A DNA stretch of 39,721 nucleotides. It comes from Trypethelium eluteriae. Its lineage: Eukaryota. Shown in pieces: positions 30,682 to 39,721 of this stretch. The notes beneath the pieces were generated by a model. It was not told the DNA's origin. It made no database searches and was given only the letters and a program-made list of their open reading frames with translations. The translations under genes and the position numbers were made by a program. Positions within the stretch are counted from its first letter, which is position 1. Each line of letters begins with the position of its first letter. The DNA is taken from positions 1 to 39,721 of the forward strand of contig JAVECL010000174.1 in NCBI GenBank assembly GCA_051942245.1. Reading direction: 5' to 3'.

Positions 30682-33420
30682 ATGGCTCGGGCGGTGCTTT
30701 CACGTGAGAGCGTGATTGTGCTTCTCGGATCGCTTGCATCTTGCAGTCTCGCGATCACTCAGCCAGACGACTATCTCAATGCTTCCTCTTCCGGAGACCT
30801 GTGGTCATTTGTTGACCCGCTTATTGGTACCGAAGGTGCTACTCCCGGCTCAGCAATCGCCGGAGGTAATTCCTTCCCGGGGTCAAGTTTGCCCAATGCC
30901 ATGGCCAAGCCAGGCATTGATACTAGCTATTTAGGGCTGCCGAATGGGACCGCAGTGGATTGCAATGCTGGCTACAGTCCGCTGGGCAATGTCACTGGCG
31001 TCAGTATGATGCATGTGTCTGGAACCGGTGGTGTGCCTACGTACGGATTGATATCGCAGATGCCTTTGGCTGGAGAGCTGGACAACGTCAATTTGGCTGA
31101 CAATACAACCTACTGGCAGAACCGGTCGATAGCGCAAGAATCTGCATCTGTCGGCCTTTTCACGACGACTTTATTAAATGGTGTCAAAATCGAAATAACG
31201 TCTGGCAATCATTCTGCGTTCATCCGCTATACCTTTCCAAGCGGCGTCTCATCTGGAGATGGCCAGTTGAGCAACTTGGATGCAGGAGTTTGGACCGCTG
31301 CAGGAAACCTGTCGCCAAAGTCTAGTGATGCACATGTTTTGGTGGATCTCACCCATGTGCTACCTGGGTACGGCACTCAAGCGTACTCGCAGAAGTTCTT
31401 AAATGGAGATCTCCATGTTCGAAACTCCAATGATAGCTCTAGCCCCTCCTACTATGGTTCAGCCACATATTCGGGGGGTTGGTCTGAACCTCAGTCACAA
31501 ACCATATATTTTTGCAGCAACTTTAGCGTACCCAATGACTCGCCTTTGCGGCCAACTCCGGCCTATGTAACAGAGGCGACTTGGGATAGCATACCCGGGG
31601 CAGGGACTTTCAGTTGGTATTATGATGCTAAAGCTAGTCAGGCTTTCGACTCAGCAAGTCCGGATGCTGGACCTGCGCCTCAGGTATACTCGTATGAAGA
31701 TCTTGTTACTCATGCTGGCAGCGGGATGGGACTCGGAGCACTTTTCAGTTGGTCTCGCATTCACAACAACGCTACTGCGCCGGCAGTGTTAGAAGCCAAG
31801 CTCGGGATATCTTATATCAGCGCTGCTAAGGCCTGCTCATCCATTCGAACGGAACTACCAGCAACGTCGAGTTTTGAAGATGTGGTCCAGCAAGTTCGAG
31901 GCGAATGGGATTCAAAGGTATTAAATAATGTCGAAATCCTTGATGACGGAAGTGAGTATGCGAAAAATGCTACTCTAAAGCGGATGCTATACTCTGCGCT
32001 CTACCAAACCGGTCTGATGCCTACGGATAAAACTGGAGAGAACCCTGGCTGGGATACGGACGATGGCAATCCATACTACGATGACCACTATACTATCTGG
32101 GATACGTATCGCACCTTGCTTCCCCTCTATCACCTAATATATACCAGAAGCTACAGTCGTGTCATCTCTGGTCTGATCTCGATTTTCTCGAACGAGGGTT
32201 TCCTTCCGGCGGGACGAATCGCAAATTGGAATGGCAAGGTTCAAGGAGGCAGTCACGCAGATATGGTATTGACAGATGCTTTCGTCAAGAGCGTTGTTAC
32301 TCCGTCCGGCGAGGTTGGCAGAGGAGAACTTGGTATTAACATTGATTGGCAGCAGGCATATCGCGCTGAGCAAAAAGATGCCAATACCCTTCCAATCCAC
32401 AACGTGGACTCGTCTTGCTTCGACGGCGCAACAAAAGAAGGACGAGGCGCCCTGGACGACTATCTTCCACTGCACTATATCACTCGCAACCACACGCGCA
32501 GCATTTCTCGCGGGGTTGAATATTCACAGAATGACTTCGCTATCTGGAGCATCGCCTCTGGACTGAATGCGTCCGTGGCCGAAATTGAAAGATACCGTGA
32601 TCGCGCAAATTGGTGGCAAAATCAGTGGAACCCGCTCGCAAATACGACACTGGCTGGCGTAGGTAACTTCACCGGCTTTCCTGGTGCACGGAACAAGAAC
32701 GGAGACTGGAACTTTACCAATTATGATCCTTTAAGCTGTGGGGGCTGCGGATGGGGCGACGATATTTATGAGGCCAAGGTCTGGGAGACTGCTTTCGCGG
32801 CAGCACCTCATGACATGGCAAAGGCGATCGAACTGATGGGTGGCGACGAGGCGTTTCTGAAGCGACTTGACGCATCTTTCCTACCGGGCCTCGGCACCAG
32901 TGTCGGGGCCAATAATGATGCTGGAAGCGCGCTCTTTAATCCGGGTAATGAGCCTTCTTTCATGACGCCGTTGCTCTATAATTACATTCCCAAGCAACAA
33001 TGGAGGACGGTCAATCAGACGAGGGCCGTAGTCGATGATTTTTACTCCGACAAGCGTAACGGTTACCCGGGAAATATTGACGGGGGTGCATTGCCTAGCT
33101 GGCTTGTCTTCAATCTCATCGGCCTCTATCCTGTTGCAGCACAGCCCATATACCTCCTAAGCGCACCACGCTTTTCAAGTCTGAGGCTAAGGCTATTCTC
33201 GGGAACACAGCAAGAGACAGTATTAAACATTAGAGCAAAGAACTTATCTGAGAAGAGCTTTTATCCGCAGAAGGTAACGTTCAACGGAGCAGAGCTACGA
33301 AGAAGTTGGCTAAGGCATGGTGAGCTTGCGAGAGGAGGGACGCTGATTTTTGAGATGGGTGAACAGCCTCAGGGATGGGATGATGGAGAAAGACCTCCTA
33401 GTTTGTCGCCTTACAAATGA
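30682..33420 (+). CDS. Secreted GH92 alpha-1,2-mannosidase-like glycosidase, 912 aa
   Basis: Single-exon ORF with signal peptide, VDPLIGT, GGNSFPG, MMHVSGTGG, YTIWDTYRT, QGGSHAD, SRGVEYSQNDF, YEA..WE, GNEPSF and PGNIDGGALPSW..IGLYP. Confidence 0.93.
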   Translation: MARAVLSRESVIVLLGSLASCSLAITQPDDYLNASSSGDLWSFVDPLIGTEGATPGSAIAGGNSFPGSSLPNAMAKPGIDTSYLGLPNGTAVDCNAGYSPLGNVTGVSMMHVSGTGGVPTYGLISQMPLAGELDNVNLADNTTYWQNRSIAQESASVGLFTTTLLNGVKIEITSGNHSAFIRYTFPSGVSSGDGQLSNLDAGVWTAAGNLSPKSSDAHVLVDLTHVLPGYGTQAYSQKFLNGDLHVRNSNDSSSPSYYGSATYSGGWSEPQSQTIYFCSNFSVPNDSPLRPTPAYVTEATWDSIPGAGTFSWYYDAKASQAFDSASPDAGPAPQVYSYEDLVTHAGSGMGLGALFSWSRIHNNATAPAVLEAKLGISYISAAKACSSIRTELPATSSFEDVVQQVRGEWDSKVLNNVEILDDGSEYAKNATLKRMLYSALYQTGLMPTDKTGENPGWDTDDGNPYYDDHYTIWDTYRTLLPLYHLIYTRSYSRVISGLISIFSNEGFLPAGRIANWNGKVQGGSHADMVLTDAFVKSVVTPSGEVGRGELGINIDWQQAYRAEQKDANTLPIHNVDSSCFDGATKEGRGALDDYLPLHYITRNHTRSISRGVEYSQNDFAIWSIASGLNASVAEIERYRDRANWWQNQWNPLANTTLAGVGNFTGFPGARNKNGDWNFTNYDPLSCGGCGWGDDIYEAKVWETAFAAAPHDMAKAIELMGGDEAFLKRLDASFLPGLGTSVGANNDAGSALFNPGNEPSFMTPLLYNYIPKQQWRTVNQTRAVVDDFYSDKRNGYPGNIDGGALPSWLVFNLIGLYPVAAQPIYLLSAPRFSSLRLRLFSGTQQETVLNIRAKNLSEKSFYPQKVTFNGAELRRSWLRHGELARGGTLIFEMGEQPQGWDDGERPPSLSPYK

Positions 33421-34043
33421 GTAGTCAGTCTCAAGATTAATGGATCGAGACTTTAGATGAAGTGTTGGTCTATCTTCAGTAGAGTAAACTCAAGACGTAA
33501 TGGTCTTTGCTTTAGGAATACGTCTATCATGTTTCGAGTAAGAATGGCTTTCCATTTTCCAACATAGCGTGAAGCGTGCCAGCAAGTGGCGGAGAAAAAT
33601 GGCATGCTGTTTGCAAGGGCGTTTCACGTGGAGCGCTCACGGCTTTAGGCGGATCGGTTTTAGAGTAAGGCGTCCACCTCCGTTTCCATTCGCAGCCTCC
33701 GCCTCGCCTCGTTCGGATATATGTCTACCTGTTACTCCGGAACAGTACCTTATTGCCCAGCGCATCCAAAATTCAGATCCCTAAAAGCATTGGCTATACT
33801 TGTGAAAGGCCGTTGGTATGGTAGAAACACTAGTGATGTCCCTTAACTCCGTTCAGAATATCCTACGTCATGGGTATGCCCGGCGTTACGTAGAGACAGA
33901 ATGCCAGCTCGGCACTTTTAAGCAAGCCGAACGTGCCTGGAGATCGAAATATAAATGTTCTGATGTTTTTCTCCATTCAGATTCCACTTCTTCACTAAGA
34001 AACTTGCTTTCAGTCGCAGAAATCATCCGAATCTAATTTAAAG

Positions 34044-35175
34044 ATGCAGAAAGTTCTCAACAAGCTCACTGGCGGCCACAGTCTCCCTGAACACAAGCTC
34101 GGGAAAAATGGCCCCAAGGTCACTGCTATGGGCTACGGTGCTATGGGCCTGAGTGCTTTCTACGGCGAAAAGAAACCTGATGAGGAGCGCTTTGCTGTCC
34201 TTGACAAGCTTTACAAGGAGGGCGAGTTATTCTGGGATTCTGCTGATATGTATATGGACAATGAAGATCTTCTAGGTAAGTTTATCATACCAAGCACAGT
34301 CATCTGTTGTGCTCTAGGGGAATCTCAGGTGCCCGACTAACGCAAGTTCAGGCGCGTGGTTTAAGAAGAACCCTGGCAAGCGAGAGCATATTTTTCTTGC
34401 TACAAAATTTGCAAATAGACGTACTCCAGAAGGCCAATTGGAGACCAACTCGACACCGGAGTACTGTCGCCAAGCATGTGAGAAGTCCCTTAATCGCCTG
34501 GGTCTTCCTTCCGTGGATCTCTATTACGTCCACCGTCTTGACGGCAAGACTCCTGTCGAGAAGACGATTCGCGAAATGAAGAAGCTCCAGGATGAGGGCA
34601 AGATTAAGTACATTGGCATGTCAGAATGCAGTGCCGATTCCTTACGACGTGCAAGCAAGATTGCACACATTGATGCGGTGCAAGTTGAATACAGCCCATT
34701 CAGCTTGGAAATTGAGTCTGAACAAATGCCTGTATTGAAAACAGCTAGGGAGCTCGGTACCGCGATCGTCGCCTACTCACCTATCGGACGCGGTATGCTG
34801 AGCGGGAAATATCACGGCCCAGAAGATTTCCCAGAAGGCGACTTCCGGAGAATGGCTCCGAGATTCACGAAGGAGAACTTCCCAAAAAACATGAAGTTGG
34901 TGGATGAGATTACCGAGATTGCAAACAAGAAGGGGTGCACAGCAACTCAAATTACGCTTGCGTGGTTGATGGCCCAGGGAGATGATATTTTCCCTATTCC
35001 CGGGACCACTAACCTCGAGCGGTTGGATGAGAACTTGGGTGCGCTTCACATCAAGCTCACGAAAGAGGAGAATCAAGCTATCCGGAAAGCTTCAGAGAGC
35101 GCGGAAGTCGTGGGGGCGAGGTATCCTGAAGCAATGACCCACTTGCTTTACAATGATACCCCACCCGAAAACTAG
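34044..35175 (+). CDS. Aldo-keto reductase (YakC/AKR13-like); exons 34044-34275, 34352-35175
   Basis: MGYGAMGLSAFYG, WDSADMY, FLATKF (after intron GTAAGT..CTAAC..CAG, 34276-34351), DLYYVHR, IGMSE, VQVEYSP, AYSPIGRG and PIPGT. Confidence 0.94.
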
Positions 35176-35427
35176 GAACAATTAGGTTTCGATAGCTAGA
35201 TTTCACGCCAATATAGATGTCAGAAAGACTAAGATTCGTCCACATTGTGCAAGTGACCATGAGAGTGAGCGTAGCCGTGTGACGATTGTTCATTCTCAGA
35301 TGATTCGCATCCACCTTTTCTGTTCTGACGTCCTATCCAGATCGAACTAACCCTGCACAATAAATGTGTGTCGAATATCAATCAATCATAGGAAATTTCT
35401 CCGACTATCTCTAGGACCCCTATCCTT

Positions 35428-36013
35428 CTACAACTTCTCACCATCGTCTTTCCTCCCTGCGAGACCCATGCCCCACTCTCCATCAACAAGAACACACCAA
35501 CCCTCCCCTTCACTTCCCGTCAGCTTTTTCTTTCCTTCCATCCCTCCGATCGCAGCCTTGAACTCCCGCCGAGCATATTCCATCACTTCATCGTCGAATG
35601 TCCCCGGTTGCAGCCATACAGCTTCTATTCCTACCTCTTTGGCTTCTTTCAGGAGAGGAAGGGTGACTTTTGGGGGCGTGATGATGCTGAGGGCATACTC
35701 TGAAGGAATTGAAAGAGCGGACGGTGTCGAAGTTGCAGGATAGGTTGAGCTGAGAGCTTCGATTGTTGCAGTTCGGGGGTTGAGCGGTGTTGCTGGAAGC
35801 GAATGGAGCAAATACCATGCAAAGACTAGAAGCACCAGCATAAATTTGAGCAAATTCGAGATTCCCGTAGACATCCTCTAGACCAAGAGCACAATAAATG
35901 TAGAGCTTACTCTTGTGACCAAATTTACGGGGGTCGGAGCTTGCACCTGCAACTGCAAACCGTGGACAAGAGAAGAAAGTTCGGACTGCGGCTTCCATGT
36001 CGTAGTCTGCCAT
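35428..36013 (-). CDS. CoA-binding domain protein (YccU-like Rossmann fold); exons 36013-35911, 35825-35428
   Basis: FAVAGASSDPRKFGHK|IFAWY, PLNP, SIITPPKVT, AVWLQPG and WCVLVDG. Intron 35826-35910 is phase-consistent. Confidence 0.88.
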
Positions 36014-36251
36014 AGCCAGCAAAAGCCAAAATGAGGGACGATGATCCTAATTTGCTTCCATCAAGATTATTATCGTTTACGATCACTATTTAGATATCAG
36101 GTGTCTATGTAAGAAAATTTGGCTTATGACGTATGCGGGGCAGCGACCCACCTTAGTTCCGATCTGATAAGATATTGCCTTATGACGGAATTATGCCGAG
36201 ACCCTGCAGCTTTTCCTTGCAGTCGAAATCATTTCAATCCCCGGACTTCCA

Positions 36252-37196
36252 ATGGCAACATTTTCGTAAGTCACTACTCCGTTCGAACACACAAATACGA
36301 ATGTCGGGCACAATTAACTCCTGCATAACAGCAAGTCGACCTTCTCGCATGCCTCCTACGCTGCAATCCGCCCATCCTACCCTCCCTCTTTATACAATCA
36401 CATCCTCTCCTTTCACCATGGATCTCGCAATCTCCTGGTCGACCTTGGCACTGGCCCTGGTATCGTCCCGCGTGCCCTCTCTCCCTCATTTACGCGCCTG
36501 ATTGGCACCGATCCTTCCTCGGGAATGATATCTCAAGCTCAATCCGTCACTCCAAGCGCCCAATACCCCAACATCACGTACGAAGTCGCATCGGCGGAGC
36601 ATCTACCTTTCGTAGAGGATCGAACTGTGGACATGGTGCTAGCGGGTCAATCCGCGCATTGGTTCGACTACCCTCGACTATGGAAGGAAATGCAGCGGAT
36701 AGTGCGTCCGGGCGGCACGGTTGCGTTCTGGGGCTATAAGGACCCGGTGTTCGTCGATTTCCCTAAGGCGAGCAAGATCATGTTCCATTTTGGATATGAT
36801 GATCGGGACGATCGGTTAGGACCGTTTTGGCAGCAGCCCGGGAGGAGCATTGTACAGGATCAGCTCAGGAAGGTGCAGCCACCAGAAACGGAGTGGGAAC
36901 AGGTCACAAGAATAGAATACGAGCCAGGGACGAATGGACAGAGGAGTGGGGAGGGTACGCCTTTTCTGGAGAAAAGAATGAAACTTGGAGAAGTGATAGA
37001 ATATGTAAGAACATGGAGTAGTTATCATGCTTGGCGGGAAGCACACCCGGAGCAAAGACCAGTCAAAGATGGGGGAACAGGAGATGTGTTGGATAGAATG
37101 TACAAAGAGATGAAAGAAGCAGAGAAATGGGAAAATGAGAATATGGAGGTCGATATTGAATGGGGGACCGCCCTGGTGATGGCAAGAAAAGCCTAA
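36252..37196 (+). CDS. SAM-dependent methyltransferase, trans-aconitate methyltransferase (Tmt1/Crg1)-like; exons 36252-36265, 36332-37196
   Basis: The spliced N-terminus reads MATFSKSTFSHASYAAIRPSYP. Motif I VDLGTGPG, then GTDPSSGM, SAEHLPF, AGQSAHWFD, RPGGTVAFWGY and YVRTWSSYH. Confidence 0.9.
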
Positions 37197-38046
37197 TCTA
37201 GTAAAGAGGGTCACCATCACTCCCACTTCATTTCTCGAGCTGTATTTGCTCTCATCCTTCATATAACGTCTCGAGCGGTTCCACAAACCTTCGCTTCAAA
37301 ATACTGGCCCATATTTCCGGTGCAATCCTCCTGTCCAATTCAAAGACGGGATAATCCGGCAACCTGAGCTTTCCTCAAGGCTTATCATACTCTTTAACCT
37401 TTTCTTTATTCAGAGTACATATACTTCACTGGAGCTACAGCTAGGTGGTATTGACCTTCAGGCTTCGGAGATTCACGCACGATGATCCGATCGAAACTCT
37501 TCATGATTGAGTCGGAATTTCTTTGCAGCGCAGCTCGCCGTTGTCCAGCGAAGAAATACGGCTTCCGAAGTTAAACCTCCATGAGTACGCAAGAACCATC
37601 GGTATGCGGAAGGTGTAATCAATTTCCGAGCAAATTACTCGAAGGACTGTTAGGCCGGTCTGATTCTGAAACATTAATCGTTCGCCCCTGCGGGTTGTTA
37701 TTGCTCTTATGTCTGAACTGCACTGCTTGCACCGGTTTGCTGACTAACTTGACTCATGAATCCAACACTTTGACGGGATAAAAATAGATAATGCGCTGTC
37801 GAAACATGTCAATCCTGGTCGTTCTGCAGATATAGGTAAATGGTGGATAGTTGGACAAAGCTTCTCCTAGCAGCTGGCTAGCATAGAAACGGATACGATA
37901 CCAACATCGAGGTTTGAAACGATCCCGCTCATATCCGCTTAAGAACTTGTATAAAGCTTGTAAGATTTCCGTTTCATACGGATTGACATCTTCACTGCGT
38001 TGAAGTTACTTCTCTACTCTATCACAAGTTTCTGCGAATACTCAAT

Positions 38047-38639
38047 ATGTCTGCCCCAAGTGAAGTCACCGTTGTGGCATTTTTCTCTCGACTTCAGAGT
38101 ATCACACAAGAACAATTCTACGCGGAATGGAATAAGCACGGTGCACTTGAAGTTCCCTGGCTGAAGAAGCATGGGGTCATCAATTATATTCAGGTATGAC
38201 TTGCTGACATGAAGTCGACTACCCAGGTACAGCTCTAGCAGAGGATGGTCATGACAGATCGACATGGCATAGCTTACATGATCCTTTAATTTCATAGATG
38301 CAAACACCAAGCAACCTGCGAAACGAGCTGGAAACTGCATTGAAAGATGCCCCGCACAAGCCTAAAATGCTACCATTCGATGGTTGTGTCATAATGACCT
38401 GTGAATCAATCGAGAAGCTTCTTGGTGCCTTCCGTGATCCCTATTACGCCGAAGTTATCGCACCGGACGAAGCACGTTTTGTCGATGCTCAGCACTCGCA
38501 TTTAGCAGCAAGCGGAGAGGTTCCACCAGCAGGGACTGCTGGCATCACGAACCGATGGATGGTTGATGGAAAGCCGATGATCGATGTCGCTGAGGGTGAG
38601 AAGAAGTTGAAGGAGGTTGAGGCCAAGCACGGAAAATAA
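38047..38639 (+). CDS. EthD-domain (dimeric alpha/beta-barrel) protein; exons 38047-38193, 38298-38639
   Basis: Exon 1 reads VVAFFSRLQSITQEQFYAEWNKHGA..KHGVINYIQ. Intron GTATGA..TAG. Exon 2 has FDGC..FRDPYYAEVIAPDEARFVD, typical of fungal EthD proteins. Confidence 0.82.
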
Positions 38640-38687
38640 GACCGTGCAGAGATCAAACGTAAAGAAAAGGCTCATATGCGGCTGGTC

Positions 38688-39721
38688 CTAGCTCGATATG
38701 CCTCCATTGAAACTCACGTTTACCTTCGGCACAGGAGGTATCATCTTCATCCTGACAAAATCATTGAAGACCTCGAAAATGGATTCCGATGTATCCACAA
38801 AGCCATGCCATCCAAATTTTCTGCTCTTGTCCATACTGCATTCATTAGCTCGCACATGGGACACCTGGTGAATCCTTCACTCACCTAAAATTCAAAGGCC
38901 CAGCGCGACATAATGTCCCATCAGCAAATCCAAACACTCGATTGGGCTCTCTTAATTCCGTCTCTCTCAACCCCCATTCATCCGCCAATTCCCTCCACGC
39001 CTTCTGCACCTCCTCCGTCTTCGCCCACTGCGTCAGCGAAAAGCTCCTCCTCACCGTCCCCTTTCCCCCAAACTTCCTCGGCGCAAACCTCGTCTCCGCC
39101 TCCACATATCCCTCCTCCACCGGCCCCCTCCACTCCAGCCCATACCACCCCGCCAACCGCGGCCAGAACCCCTCCCACGCAAACGCACTCGCATCACAGA
39201 CATTATAGCGCTGATCCTTCGGTCCCGCCAGCACCATCCACTCCTCCATGTACGCATTCAGCATCGCACTACTCATACTACTCCCCATCTGCCATGCCGG
39301 CACATCGCCCGGAAACCGCAACGGCTGTCCCAGCCGGCGACACACGCTCGCGTACACCGCGAGGGGGTAGCACAAATTCATCGCGGCGTCGGGCACCGCC
39401 CCGAGAATCGCGCCGGGCATCCCGACCGCCCAGCCGCACTCCTTCTGCGAGCTCCCCGACAACGCGCCGCGGCAGTACGCAAAAACCGCGTCCTCCTGCG
39501 GGTAGTAGAAGTTCGGCTCGAGCTCGACGCGGGCATCGACGTCTTCTTCCTGCGGCTGCTTGACCGGGCCGAGGTGCACGCCGTAGTGCTTTGCACCCGT
39601 CTGCAGCATGAAGCGGGTGGGGCGGAGGCCGGCGAGAGGGAGCGCGGCAAGGAAGTTGGTGAGGAGGAGCGAGTTGAGGCGGACCATTTCGTCGGCGTCG
39701 GACCACAGCGCCGTGCTACCT
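38688..39721 (-). CDS. Atypical SDR, PRISE (progesterone 5-beta-reductase / SirQ-like) NAD(P)-dependent oxidoreductase; 5' part outside the window; intron 38836-38884
   Basis: LQTGAKHYG, PNFYYPQED, PGAILG, MNLCYPLAVYA, PLRFPG and YNVCD..W...WPRLAGWYG. The last exon reads SMDKSRKFGWHGFVDTSES...MKMIPP and ends at TAG 38688. Confidence 0.88.

Noticed and set aside
38913..39706. Pro/Ser/Arg-rich ORFs in alternative frames
   Set aside because: By-products of the high-GC reductase CDS.
34044..39721. AKR, methyltransferase, EthD and SDR as tailoring genes of the RiPP cluster
   Set aside because: They lie about 19 kb or more away, separated by unrelated CAZyme and membrane-protein genes, with no sequence evidence of linkage.

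Overview
Filamentous-ascomycete (Pezizomycotina) genomic DNA, judged from short GT-AG introns with CTRAY-type branch points and a RIP-mutated transposon. From left to right: a probable LTR end inserted into a RIP-degraded hAT transposase; a PNP_UDP/NB-ARC/TPR fungal NLR gene; a secreted HExxH (Con-13-like) protein; and a short fold-back repeat. The main discovery follows: a compact candidate dikaritin-type RiPP cluster (about 9.4-15.2 kb). In it, a secreted Kex2-type repeat precursor (repeat G[IL]xVGNV[FL]xRPS...[DE]GYE) sits between two intron-containing DUF3328/UstYa-family oxidase genes, each with two HxxHC motifs, and a decayed cytochrome P450 fragment lies next to them. The rest of the window holds a type-B carboxylesterase, two related Cys-rich single-pass membrane proteins (one with an in-frame stop in its signal region), a GH3 beta-xylosidase with XlnR and CreA sites, a GH92 alpha-mannosidase, an aldo-keto reductase, a divergent CoA-binding protein / Tmt1-like methyltransferase pair, an EthD-domain protein, and a partial PRISE/SirQ-like atypical SDR. 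Exon structures were worked out by hand and family calls come from motif recognition; no database search was run.
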